Source: Pseudothermotoga sp. (GTDB lineage Bacteria; Thermotogota; Thermotogae; Thermotogales; DSM-5069). From it: a stretch of DNA of 64,000 bases. The stretch spans positions 147,341 to 211,340 of the forward strand of contig JANXCS010000003.1 in assembly GCA_025060105.1 (NCBI GenBank). Direction: 5' to 3'. Position 1 is the stretch's first letter, and every line of letters starts with the position of its first letter. This document shows, piece after piece, positions 9,103 to 20,199 of this stretch. Both the position numbers and the translations under genes were made by a program. A model generated the notes under the pieces. That model made no database searches and was not told where the DNA came from. It saw only the letters and a list, made by a program, of their open reading frames with translations.

Positions 9103-9805
9103 GCGTGATCCTCTGCCGAGGTTTGGTCAAGAAGTTTGGAAGAAAAACCGTCGTCGATGGCGTGGATTTGGAAGTTCGCCAGGGAGAAGTCATTGGATTG
9201 CTGGGTCCCAACGGTGCAGGTAAAACCACGCTCTTCAACATGGTCCTTGGTTTAGTCACACCCACGAAGGGAGACGTTTATCTCGACGGAAGAAAGATAA
9301 CCAACATGCCCGTGAGCGAGAGGGCCAGGCTCGGCATAACGTACTTACAACAGGAAACGTCGGTGTTCACGGGTATGAAGGTTTGGGAAAACATCGATTT
9401 TGTCCTCCGATTCAGAATGAAAGATAGATCCGAGCGCATGAGGACTGTGGAAGAGCTGCTGAGAGAATTCGGTATCTGGGAGTTGAGGGACCAGTACGCT
9501 TCGGATCTTTCTGGTGGAGAAAAGAGGAGGCTCGAATTGGCCAGAATGATGGCTTTAAAACCTCTCTTCCTCCTCTTAGATGAGCCATTCGTCGGTATCG
9601 ATCCAAAAACGGTCAAAGACATACAGCACATGATACGCACTCTCAGCGCAAGGAACATAGGCATAATCGTTACCGATCACAGCGTCGATGCCCTCGTACC
9701 GGTGGTCGACAAACTGTACATAATACATAAAGGTAAGATCATAGCGCACGGTGAACCTGATTCTGTGTTGAACGATCCGATCGTTAAGGAGGTCTATCTC
9801 GGCAC

Positions 9806-9809
<4 letters not shown>
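9099..9809 (+). CDS. lptB: ABC ATPase, LptB-like (LPS-export type)
   Basis: Walker A GPNGAGKTT, signature LSGGEKRRLE, Walker B LLLDEPFVGIDP. Single ATPase of about 236 aa next to skp. Confidence 0.75.
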
Positions 9810-11747
<1,938 letters not shown>

Positions 11748-11778
11748 AAAGATCAATTCGAGTCGATCGCTCGGTGGA

Positions 11779-12126
11779 TCACAACAGCACGATGATGGCT
11801 AGAAGTTGCAGATCTTCGTTGTAAGGATTTTCGATCGAATGTGTGTCGCCAGACATGGTGAAACACACGTCACCCGGTTTCACATCCACAGCCTGACCGT
11901 TGTCGTAGAAGATGCCTCTACCGTTCAAAACGAAAAACACCTCAAATTCGTTTTCATGCTTGTGTGGTCCGATGGACACACCTGGTTTTAAAGTGAGTTT
12001 CGCAAACAATCTTGCCCTGTTCGCGAGCATGTTGCGCTCGAGCAGATGGAGTAATTCGACCTCCCCCTTGCCACCCCGCATGTTGGAAATGATCTCTCTT
12101 CTCATCTGTTCAGACTTTAGAACCAT
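11779..12126 (-). CDS. Cupin-domain protein
   Basis: 115 aa. Cupin motifs GPHKHENEFEVFFVLNG and PGDVCFTMSGDTHSIEN. SD GGAGGTG. Confidence 0.8.
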   Translation of the reverse strand: MVLKSEQMRREIISNMRGGKGEVELLHLLERNMLANRARLFAKLTLKPGVSIGPHKHENEFEVFFVLNGRGIFYDNGQAVDVKPGDVCFTMSGDTHSIENPYNEDLQLLAIIVLL

Positions 12127-12289
12127 TGGCTCACCTCCACAACTTCGATGATATTATAATTTCAGTCTTTCTAAGTCGATGGAGTTCGTCACCGATGAAA
12201 AACTGTAAACAAGAGATTACCTTTTCTCGATGCAATCGAAGCGATCCATTCAAAAGGTTTTTCGCAACATTAAAGATGAAATCGTCGAT

Positions 12290-12319
12290 TTGCTTTTTTA
12301 AAGATTTTAGTCTTATAAT
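12290..12319 (+). promoter_or_regulatory. Putative sigma-70-type promoter for rsmH-ftsL-ftsI
   Basis: TTGCTT (12290-12295), an 18-nt spacer, then TATAAT (12314-12319), 29 nt before the rsmH ATG. Confidence 0.4.
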
Positions 12320-12347
12320 ACAAAAGAAAACCAGCGGAGCGGTTTGA

Positions 12348-13220
12348 ATGAGTGTCATCCATGTACCTGTCTTAGTTGAAGAAGTTCTCGAGTATCTTGG
12401 AAACACTGAAGGTGTTTTTCTCGATTGTACCGTGGGTTTGGGTGGACATGCAGAAGCTATACTGAACAATTGTGATCGAAGTTTCGTTGTTGGATTGGAC
12501 GTTGACGAAGATGCACTGAGTATTGCAAGAGAAAGGCTTGCGCGATTCATAAATGAAGGACGTTTGAAACTGTTCAAATCGTCTTATGTAGAAGCTAGAA
12601 AGGTATTGAACCAGCTTGGTATCAACAGAGTCGATGCGATTCTGATGGACCTTGGAGTTTCGTCGATGCAGCTAGAGAAAGCGGAGCGAGGGTTCTCTTT
12701 CAACAGAGATGGTCCGCTCGACATGCGAATGGACAAAGAACAAACACTGACAGCTTACGAAGTGGTGAACTCTTGGGACGAAGAAGCGTTGAGTAGGATC
12801 ATCTTCGAGTACGGTGAAGAAAAAAGGTACTCAAGGCGCATAGCGAAGTACATCGTTCAAAGCAGACCCATAGAAACAACGAAACAATTGGTAGAAGTCT
12901 TAGCGAAAGCAATTCCAAACAAACATGGACGAAAAAGACATTTCGCAACGAAGGTGTTTCAGGCAATACGGATCGCTGTGAACAACGAACTCGACAATCT
13001 AAAGCGTTTTCTCTCAGATGTTCCTGATCTGTTGAACACAGGTGGAAGGATAGGTGTCATATCCTTCCATTCGTTGGAAGATAGGATCGTCAAGGAGTTT
13101 TTCAAAAAAGAGTCGAGACTAAAACAGTTAACAAAAAAGCCGATAACACCGAAGGAATCCGAGATAGAGTTGAATCCGAGGTCACGGAGTGCCAAGTTGA
13201 GGGTAGCGGAGCGGGTTTGA
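12348..13220 (+). CDS. rsmH: 16S rRNA (cytosine1402-N4)-methyltransferase RsmH (MraW)
   Basis: 290 aa. HVPVLVEEV, DCTVGLGGH, LMDLGVSS and ISFHSLEDRIVK are classic RsmH motifs. Confidence 0.95.
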   Translation: MSVIHVPVLVEEVLEYLGNTEGVFLDCTVGLGGHAEAILNNCDRSFVVGLDVDEDALSIARERLARFINEGRLKLFKSSYVEARKVLNQLGINRVDAILMDLGVSSMQLEKAERGFSFNRDGPLDMRMDKEQTLTAYEVVNSWDEEALSRIIFEYGEEKRYSRRIAKYIVQSRPIETTKQLVEVLAKAIPNKHGRKRHFATKVFQAIRIAVNNELDNLKRFLSDVPDLLNTGGRIGVISFHSLEDRIVKEFFKKESRLKQLTKKPITPKESEIELNPRSRSAKLRVAERV

Positions 13221-13235
13221 GAGGAGGGGGGAAGT

Positions 13236-13523
13236 TTGACCTCGGTAAGATCGATAGCGAAGCGGAGAAGCCGTGTGGTCGAACGGACCTCGTCGCTGGT
13301 CCTCGTGAGGTTCGCGTTGATCGTAACCTTTCTCTTAGTGATAGTCCTCGCCACTTTCCCACTGATCAGACTGACACGAGCGGTAGCCAGTTTATCCAAA
13401 GAAAACAGAGCGTTGCAGATCCAGATCTTCGAATTGGAACAACAGTTGCGCCAACTCAAAGCTGAACAGACGCTGTTGATGTCCTCACGAGAGGTGATTG
13501 CACCGGCACCGAATGAAAGATAG
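13236..13523 (+). CDS. ftsL: FtsL-like cell-division protein
   Basis: 95 aa. Basic N-terminus, one TM helix (FALIVTFLLVIVLATFPLI), then a leucine-zipper-like coil. Located between rsmH and ftsI. Confidence 0.6.
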   Translation: MTSVRSIAKRRSRVVERTSSLVLVRFALIVTFLLVIVLATFPLIRLTRAVASLSKENRALQIQIFELEQQLRQLKAEQTLLMSSREVIAPAPNER

Positions 13524-15297
13524 GTTAGTTTCAAAACGTCTCAGAGTTTTGTTGTTTTTATCCCTCCTTTGTGCCGTGGGCTCCATTCTGTTGTTGGCTT
13601 TGAGGAGCTTGAACGTTCATGTGGGACCATTCTGGACCATACGTCTTCCCGCATCTCGAGGCCGAATCCTCGATGTACAAGGTAGACTCTGCGCTTACGA
13701 CGAATTGATCAATGTAGCCTACTTGGATGTAGATTATTTGAAGAAAGCCAACCTCGATAGGTTGAAACCACACCTTCAGCTCCTTCTGAAGAACTTCAAG
13801 ATAAACAAGAACACCGAGGATATTTTGTCGTCGAAACAGAGATTTTTGAGGCTCGGTGAAGGTTTAACTAGAGACGAAATCATGTCCCTCATACCCACCG
13901 AGATGTTACCTTTCGTCTCGATCGAACTCGAAACTCGAAGGCGAAGGTTCAGCGACTTTGGTATGGACAAAATTTTAGGTACCGTCACGGCCGGACGTGC
14001 GTTCGGTGGTGTCGAACAGGCGCTGGATTCCACTCTGAGCGGGAAAAAAGACGGAAAAATATTTCTGAGATTTTCAGGTTTCTTGACGCTCACACCGAAG
14101 TTAGAGGCGTTGGAAAGTCCCATCGATGGAAAAGATGTTAGATTGACGATAGATCTGGATTTTCAACGCATTTGCTATGAGGAGATAATCAAAGCACAAC
14201 GACAAAATCAAGCGCTCGGCACGGGGGCCATCGTCATGGAAACCAAAACTGGCAAAATCAGAGCCATGGTTACGAGCAGAAACTGGAACGATGTGGTGCT
14301 CGGTTACTTCGAACCTGGATCGGCACTGAAACCCATAGTGTACGCGATCGCCATCGAAAGTGGTGTGTTGAGTGGAAAAGAAACCTTCAACTGCACCGGA
14401 CAGATAAAGCCCGTTCCAGAATTGGACGTGATTGTACGTGATATAGATACACACGGATCTGTAGATTTGAACAGAGCGCTGATCTATTCGTGCAACAGTG
14501 CGACCGTAATGATAGCCAAGCAGATCAAGGAGAAGCTAGGTGAGGAGAAATATTACGATTGGTTGAGGAAATTCGGATTTGGAGAAAAAACCAACGTAGA
14601 AATAGCCGGCGAAATCGACGGTGTGCTGAGGAAACCAAATAATTGGTCTAAGATAGATTTTGCCATGATCAGCATAGGTCAAGGTATAGGAACTCCTCCC
14701 ATACAGTTCCTCGCGGCTTTCAACACGATAGCCAATTTTGGAAAGTTTGTCAAACCAACCTTGATAGAAGATTCTCCCACACTGGAGAAGCGTGTGATAA
14801 GCGAACAAACCGTCACTTTCGTTCGCAAGGCTTTAGAACGTGTTGTACTGGAAGGAACAGGGAAGCGTGCCAACGTTGTTGAAGTCAGCGTGGCTGGCAA
14901 AACAGGAACGGCTCAAAAACTCGTCGATGGCAAGGACAAAGAGAAGTATTTCTCGATCTTTGTAGGATACTTTCCAAGTGAAGATCCCCTCTACACCGTT
15001 TTGGTTTACTTGGACGAACCATCGTCTGGAACTTATTTGGCTGGGGAGATCGCCGCACCGCTGTTCGCCTCGATCGTTAAACGGATACTCCAGATCAGAA
15101 AAGAACATCCTTTAAACGTTCCAAGTAGCGCGATGCCAGATCTAAGGGGATTGACGATTCGAGATGCGCTGTTGATTTTGAACCAGTTGGGTGTGAAAAA
15201 CATCGAGGTAGAAGGCACTGGTAGGGTGAAAGAGCAGTATCCAGAACCAGGTAGCATTGATTTCAAAGAAAAGACGATAATTCTCAAACTACAGTGA
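13513..15297 (+). CDS. ftsI: Class B penicillin-binding protein (FtsI/PBP2-type transpeptidase) with a C-terminal PASTA domain
   Basis: SxxK (GSALKP), SxN (YSCNSA) and KTG (AGKTGTA) motifs. The C-terminus PDLRGLTIRDALLILNQLGV is PASTA-like. ATG at 13513, with an alternative TTG at 13498. Confidence 0.9.
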   Translation: MKDRLVSKRLRVLLFLSLLCAVGSILLLALRSLNVHVGPFWTIRLPASRGRILDVQGRLCAYDELINVAYLDVDYLKKANLDRLKPHLQLLLKNFKINKNTEDILSSKQRFLRLGEGLTRDEIMSLIPTEMLPFVSIELETRRRRFSDFGMDKILGTVTAGRAFGGVEQALDSTLSGKKDGKIFLRFSGFLTLTPKLEALESPIDGKDVRLTIDLDFQRICYEEIIKAQRQNQALGTGAIVMETKTGKIRAMVTSRNWNDVVLGYFEPGSALKPIVYAIAIESGVLSGKETFNCTGQIKPVPELDVIVRDIDTHGSVDLNRALIYSCNSATVMIAKQIKEKLGEEKYYDWLRKFGFGEKTNVEIAGEIDGVLRKPNNWSKIDFAMISIGQGIGTPPIQFLAAFNTIANFGKFVKPTLIEDSPTLEKRVISEQTVTFVRKALERVVLEGTGKRANVVEVSVAGKTGTAQKLVDGKDKEKYFSIFVGYFPSEDPLYTVLVYLDEPSSGTYLAGEIAAPLFASIVKRILQIRKEHPLNVPSSAMPDLRGLTIRDALLILNQLGVKNIEVEGTGRVKEQYPEPGSIDFKEKTIILKLQ

Positions 15298-15336
15298 TGG
15301 TCACGATCGTGGTAGAATCATGAACGAGGTGCGGGA

Positions 15337-15942
15337 GTGAGTCTAACATCGATTTCGAGACAAATCGTAATAGGATTCATCGCAGTGGTTTTGACGGTTG
15401 TGCCACGGGAGCATCTCAAAGCTAGGTTGGCTGTGAAGCTGGGAGATCAAACACCGTTGAAAGCCGGTAGAACCAGCCTGAACCCTTTCGTTCATCTCGA
15501 CCCGATAGGCACCGTGGCGTTCATTTTTCTCAATTTTGGATGGTCCCGTCCCGTGCCCGTGAGACCTTGGAATTTGAGGAAAGGTAGAAGACATTTCCTC
15601 ATCGTATCTCTGGCTGGTCCCACCACAGGTATGGTTTGTTTCCTCCTCTACGGTGTGCTGGCTCGCTTCATGAACAGTTCTGACTTGATCTTCGAGCTTT
15701 TCTACAAGTCAGCCAGATACAGTTTGACCTATTCGCTGTTTTCCTTGTTCCCAATACCGCCGTTGGACGGTTCGAGGGTGCTCGGTGCGTTGCTTCCAGA
15801 AGGCTACACTGAATGGTATCTCAAGTACGAAGTGTACGGAACTTTATTTTTGTTGGCTCTACTGTTCCTCTGGATCATGCCTTTAATAATGAATCCTTTC
15901 GTTCAGTTCATAGAGCGATTGACGATCTTTTTGACAGGATGA
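15337..15942 (+). CDS. Site-2-protease (M50)-family membrane protein with a degenerate zinc motif
   Basis: 201 aa. KLGDQTPLKAGRTSLNPFVHLDPIGT and FSLFPIPPLDGSRVL match the family, but the HExxH position reads REHLK. GTG start with SD GAGGTG. Confidence 0.75.
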   Translation: MSLTSISRQIVIGFIAVVLTVVPREHLKARLAVKLGDQTPLKAGRTSLNPFVHLDPIGTVAFIFLNFGWSRPVPVRPWNLRKGRRHFLIVSLAGPTTGMVCFLLYGVLARFMNSSDLIFELFYKSARYSLTYSLFSLFPIPPLDGSRVLGALLPEGYTEWYLKYEVYGTLFLLALLFLWIMPLIMNPFVQFIERLTIFLTG

Positions 15943-15957
15943 AAGGAGTCATTGGCC

Positions 15958-16446
15958 GTGATCTTCATGAAGTATCCGTTGTCTCTCAACATCGTCAGGA
16001 AGTTGAAAGTCTCAGACGTTGTTTCCTTCACAGGGAAGATCGTGCTCGTAGGTGAAGCTGCTTTTCAGAGAATCGTCAACTACGAACGTGCGGAAGGATT
16101 GATACCAGATTTCATCAAGGGTGAACTCGTGTGTTTCGGCTTCGTCGAACAAGGCTTGGTGAGGGGGATCCCTGCAAAGAACTGTGAACCCTTTCTAGAG
16201 AAAGCTTTTCTCTATGGTGCAACGTCGATAATCGCTTTTGACAGCAAGATCGACGAAGCCCTCTTCAAAAAGTTCGCAAGGGTTCTCTTCGTCCCTGAAT
16301 CTGAAATAAGACCTTCAATGCAGAGGATCATCGCGCACGTCGATCTCGATCGAGAGGCTGTTCACGAGATCGAGGTCAGTCGACTCATCATGCGTGTCGC
16401 GATCGATAGTAAAGGGAACAGGACCACACTGGAGGTCAAAATATGA
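15958..16446 (+). CDS. FumA C-terminal/TtdB-like (Fe-S hydro-lyase beta-type) domain protein
   Basis: About 162 aa. LKVSDVVSFTGKIV...EAAFQRI and the C-terminal EAVHEIEVSRLIMRVAIDSKGN resemble the swivel beta domain of class I fumarase and tartrate dehydratase. GTG at 15958 lies 9 nt after AAGGAG. Confidence 0.5.
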   Translation: MIFMKYPLSLNIVRKLKVSDVVSFTGKIVLVGEAAFQRIVNYERAEGLIPDFIKGELVCFGFVEQGLVRGIPAKNCEPFLEKAFLYGATSIIAFDSKIDEALFKKFARVLFVPESEIRPSMQRIIAHVDLDREAVHEIEVSRLIMRVAIDSKGNRTTLEVKI

Positions 16447-17522
16447 AATTTTGCTTCATCGTTGGAACGAGGCCGGAGGTCATAAAGGTGGCCCCTGTTT
16501 ACAAGTTCTTCCTCCAGATGAACGAAGAAGCGTTCGTCGTCGCCACGGCACAACACAGAGAGATGATGGACATGATGCTGAACGTCTTTGAAATAAAGGC
16601 CAGATACGACTTGAACGTGATGACGCACGATCAAACTCTCGACGACGTCGTGGCGTCGATCATGCAGAAACTGCCAAAGATCTTGCAGATTGAAAGGCCG
16701 GACATTCTATTGGTGCAAGGCGACACCACCACAGCCCTTTCTTGTGCGCTCTGCGCTTTTCACTGGAAGATACCAGTTGCTCACATAGAAGCTGGACTGA
16801 GGAGCCATGATCTGTACGATCCTTTTCCAGAAGAGATGAACAGAAGAGTCATCGATGCTGTCAGTGAATATTTGTTCGCCCCAACGAACAAGGCGAAAGA
16901 AAACCTCATCAAAGAAGGTATCGAGGAAAACCGCATACACGTGGTCGGTAACAGCGTCGTAGACGCGTTGAAAATCATAAAGGAAAAGTTCGATCTGCAC
17001 GAGATTCGATCGCGCACGGTTCCATTCGAAAGGTATATCTTGCTAACTCTCCACAGGCGTGAAAACATTGGTGAGAGGATGATCTCCATACTTTCCGGTG
17101 TGGCGAGGTTCGCCATGGAACACGACGTTCACGTGGTGCTTCCGGTGCACAAGAATCCGAAAGTCAGACAGATCGTTTTCGAAACGGTCAGAGCAAACCA
17201 TCGTTTCTTCCTCATGGAACCTGTCGATTATGTGACGTTCCTAGCCCTGCTGGAGGGTTGTTGGTTCGTGGTGACGGATTCAGGTGGCGTTCAGGAGGAA
17301 GCTCCTTCGTTTGGAAAGTTCGTCGTGGTCGCACGTCGAACCACCGAAAGGCCAGAGCTGATAGAATCAGGTTTCGGAGCTTTGGCCGGTGCGAGCGAAG
17401 AGTCGGTGTATCGGGCGATGGTCTCAGCCAGCGAGGTAGAATTGGACTCGGTGGAAAATCCTTTCGGCGACGGTAAAACCTCGGAAAGGATCTGGAGGAT
17501 TTTGAGGAGCGTGACGAGATGA
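16443..17522 (+). CDS. wecB: UDP-N-acetylglucosamine 2-epimerase (non-hydrolysing)
   Basis: 359 aa. GTRPEVIKVAPV, LVQGDTTT, AHIEAGLRS and VTDSGGVQEEAP are typical WecB/MnaA motifs. Confidence 0.9.
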   Translation: MKFCFIVGTRPEVIKVAPVYKFFLQMNEEAFVVATAQHREMMDMMLNVFEIKARYDLNVMTHDQTLDDVVASIMQKLPKILQIERPDILLVQGDTTTALSCALCAFHWKIPVAHIEAGLRSHDLYDPFPEEMNRRVIDAVSEYLFAPTNKAKENLIKEGIEENRIHVVGNSVVDALKIIKEKFDLHEIRSRTVPFERYILLTLHRRENIGERMISILSGVARFAMEHDVHVVLPVHKNPKVRQIVFETVRANHRFFLMEPVDYVTFLALLEGCWFVVTDSGGVQEEAPSFGKFVVVARRTTERPELIESGFGALAGASEESVYRAMVSASEVELDSVENPFGDGKTSERIWRILRSVTR

Positions 17523-18595
17523 AGCTGCGGATGGCTCTGGTCGGTTGCGGTAGGATCTCCACAAAACATGTGGAAGCGATCGTGAAAAACTTTGAACTTG
17601 TAGAACCTGTAGCGGTCTGTGACGTTGTCCCCGAGAGAGCGCAACGAGCGGCTGAAACTTTTGAAAAGAAGCTGGGTATACGGCCAGAACTGTACACGTC
17701 GTACGATGAACTGTTACACCGCCACGACATCGACTTCGTCTCCATAGCCACTCCGAGCGGATTACATTACGAGATGACGATCAAAGCCCTGGAGTTTGGT
17801 AAACACGTTCTAGTTGAAAAACCACTCGCCTTGGATACTGCGCATTTGCGCAAAATAGTTGAAACTTCTACCAAGAAGAACATGAAGGTTGGAGTCTGTC
17901 ATCAAAACAGGTTCAACCCACCGATACAAGAGCTTCGGAAAAAAGTCGAATCCAATGCGTTCGGCAGGATATTCTACGGAGTTGTCTGCATTCGTTGGAA
18001 CAGAAATGAAGCTTACTACAAGCAAGATCCTTGGAGAGGCACTTGGGAACAGGATGGAGGCGTGCTGATGAACCAATCGATACACGGGATAGACTTGTTG
18101 CAGTGGATGCTCGGTGAGAAACCGAAACGTGTCTTTGGCCACATAAACAACTTGAACCATCCGTACATTCCTGTGGAAGACTTGGGGATTGGGATCATCG
18201 AATTCGAATCGAACTGTGTCGGCATCGTTGAAGCCACTTCGAACGTCTTCGATAGAAACCTTGAAGAGGTACTCACGATCTTTGGAGAAAACGGAACAGT
18301 CAAGATCGGTGGACTTGCGGTCAACAGAATCTTGGTGTGGAGATTTCCAAACGAAGAATCCCATCCCTTCATGGATCTCCCCGATCCCGACACAGTCTAC
18401 GGTCATGGGCATGTTCCGCTCTATACAGATTTCTGTGAGGCGATCTTGAACGACAGGAAACCTTACATAGACGCAGAATCAGCTTCGAAAGCGGTGGAGA
18501 TAGTCCTTGCAATATACAAATCATCCCTGCAGGGTGGCTGGGTGGAATTCCCATTCGAGTTTTCCACAATCCAGATGAAGGAGTGGAGGCGTTGA
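17519..18595 (+). CDS. Gfo/Idh/MocA-family NAD(P)-dependent oxidoreductase (sugar-nucleotide dehydrogenase type)
   Basis: 358 aa. N-terminal Rossmann MALVGCGRIS, then the EKP motif (HVLVEKPLA). ATGA overlap with wecB. Confidence 0.85.
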   Translation: MKLRMALVGCGRISTKHVEAIVKNFELVEPVAVCDVVPERAQRAAETFEKKLGIRPELYTSYDELLHRHDIDFVSIATPSGLHYEMTIKALEFGKHVLVEKPLALDTAHLRKIVETSTKKNMKVGVCHQNRFNPPIQELRKKVESNAFGRIFYGVVCIRWNRNEAYYKQDPWRGTWEQDGGVLMNQSIHGIDLLQWMLGEKPKRVFGHINNLNHPYIPVEDLGIGIIEFESNCVGIVEATSNVFDRNLEEVLTIFGENGTVKIGGLAVNRILVWRFPNEESHPFMDLPDPDTVYGHGHVPLYTDFCEAILNDRKPYIDAESASKAVEIVLAIYKSSLQGGWVEFPFEFSTIQMKEWRR

Positions 18596-20199
18596 AAAAA
18601 ATACTTCTCGGCATCGTGGTTGCAGCAACCCTTACGTATCTACTGAAACCTTTCAGATTCAACCTGCTGGATCTGGTTTTCTTGTTGTACAGTCTGTTGG
18701 TCTTCAGCTTACAGGGCAAAAGACGAACTGCATCCACGGCTCTGTTCGTTGCTCTGCCACACGATCTTTTTGGAACAAGAGCGATGTTACCTTTCGTCGT
18801 TGGGCTTGGTTCGGCGCTGAGCACAGGTATCGCCACACGCCAAAAGAGGTTGAAAGAGTTCCTCAAAAATTACGTTGTTTTTGCAATAACCGTGTTGTTG
18901 GTGGAACAATTCACAAACTCTCTCTGGAAACCTTTGACGATGTGTCTGGTTCCGTTCATACTCTCATCAACTATGGATTGGACGAAGTCGAAAGAGTTTT
19001 TCCGAGAGGACGTCCTGTTCGTTGCTTCACTCTTCGGTCTTCACACGATGGATAAACAATTGAACGCTGTGTTGAGCTTTTTGGTGTACGCTTTGCTCTT
19101 TCTGATCCACAACGTCTCGATCAACTACAAAGCGAGGATGAAAGAGCTGGAGAGGTTCGAGTCGAATTATTCTGCTTTCAGAAAAAAGTTGGCCGCCGTG
19201 GTACAACTGGTGAGCAGTTCTTCACAGACTTCCTCAGTGCTTGAAAGCTTGAAGAAATTTGCGGAAATGATGAGCGACATAACCAGCTTTCAGTACGTGC
19301 TCATAAGCGTACTGAACAGGAGCCTCGGCATTGTTCAACGCGTCGCACACTACGGAATCAGCGAGCAGGAATTCAACAGGCTCAAAGAGAACCCTCCACC
19401 CATAGATCACGTGCTTCGACTCACACAAGAACGTTTCAGGATAAGTAACTCCTATTTTATCCCTGAAGGTACTATCGATCTGCCCTCACAGTACGTCGCC
19501 ACCTTCCTCAACGCGGCGTTGGACGATGAACCCGATGCTTGGCGACCGGACGATATCCTGATCGTGCCGATATACAACCCTTCGAGGGAGATGGTAGGTT
19601 ACATCTCCGTAGATGCGCCACGCAGCGGTAAAAGACCAAGGCTAGAAGATGTACAGATCTTGGAACTGATCGCCGATCAAGTTTACAAACTTTTGGAAAG
19701 ATCGGAGTTGTATCGAGACGTGGTCATAAGGCGCTCTTACGATTCACACACGCTCTTGCTGACCCACTCAGCCTTCCTGGGAGCGGTCGAGGCCGAGGTG
19801 GCCAAGGCGGATCGGTTCGCGCTCGTAATCATGGATGTGGATGATCTTTCGCGCATAAACCAAGAGTTCGGACACGAAGTTGGTGACCTTCTGCTAGAAA
19901 AGATCGCCGATATTCTGCGTACCAGAACGAGAAAGACGGATATCGCAGCCAGGTTCGGGGGAGAAGAGTTTGCGCTGTTGCTCAGGAACGTGACGAAATC
20001 CAAGGCGATAGAGATCGTCGATAGATTGCTGCAGGAAATACGCAGAATGGAAGCGGAATTCCACACGAAGGTTTCAGCTAGCGCCGGCATCGCGATGTTC
20101 CCAGAACATGGAAGAAATTCCCAAGAACTCGTAAAATCAGCAACACAAGCGCTTCAAATCGCCAAGGTGTCTGGAAAAGACAGGCTCATGGTCCTTTAG
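18592..20199 (+). CDS. Membrane GAF-like/GGDEF diguanylate cyclase
   Basis: Multi-TM N-terminal half. C-terminal GGDEF domain with an active-site GGEEF and an RKTD I-site 5 residues upstream. Start at TTG 18592 or GTG 18583. Confidence 0.85.
   Translation: MKKILLGIVVAATLTYLLKPFRFNLLDLVFLLYSLLVFSLQGKRRTASTALFVALPHDLFGTRAMLPFVVGLGSALSTGIATRQKRLKEFLKNYVVFAITVLLVEQFTNSLWKPLTMCLVPFILSSTMDWTKSKEFFREDVLFVASLFGLHTMDKQLNAVLSFLVYALLFLIHNVSINYKARMKELERFESNYSAFRKKLAAVVQLVSSSSQTSSVLESLKKFAEMMSDITSFQYVLISVLNRSLGIVQRVAHYGISEQEFNRLKENPPPIDHVLRLTQERFRISNSYFIPEGTIDLPSQYVATFLNAALDDEPDAWRPDDILIVPIYNPSREMVGYISVDAPRSGKRPRLEDVQILELIADQVYKLLERSELYRDVVIRRSYDSHTLLLTHSAFLGAVEAEVAKADRFALVIMDVDDLSRINQEFGHEVGDLLLEKIADILRTRTRKTDIAARFGGEEFALLLRNVTKSKAIEIVDRLLQEIRRMEAEFHTKVSASAGIAMFPEHGRNSQELVKSATQALQIAKVSGKDRLMVL

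Noticed and set aside
11748-11778. A terminator between convergent gltX and the cupin gene.
   Set aside because: There is only an imperfect short palindrome (CGAGTCGATCGCTCG) with no U-tract, which is too weak to call.
12160-12290. Possible structured ncRNA (6S RNA or a riboswitch) or a 23-aa small ORF (ATG at 12229) in the large intergenic gap.
   Set aside because: - I found no extended 5'/3' complementarity of the 6S type and no conserved riboswitch core that I recognise.
- The rsmH promoter lies downstream of the segment, so it is not an rsmH leader.
- The small ORF has no SD.
12131-12358. A 75-codon frame is open on the minus strand across the whole rsmH-cupin intergenic region. It ends 4 nt before the cupin ATG.
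   Set aside because: - The only ATG overlaps the rsmH start codon, so transcription would have to come through the rsmH promoter.
- No SD precedes that ATG or the internal TTG codons.
- The best cupin promoter (-10 at 12153-12158) lies inside the frame.
- The product has no recognisable features.

It is kept only as a remote possibility.
15397-15425. A frameshift or sequencing error as the explanation for the missing HExxH in the M50-like gene.
   Set aside because: The other two forward frames across this stretch read CHGSISKLG and ATGASQS-stop. Neither restores HExxH, and the flanking family motifs are in one continuous frame.
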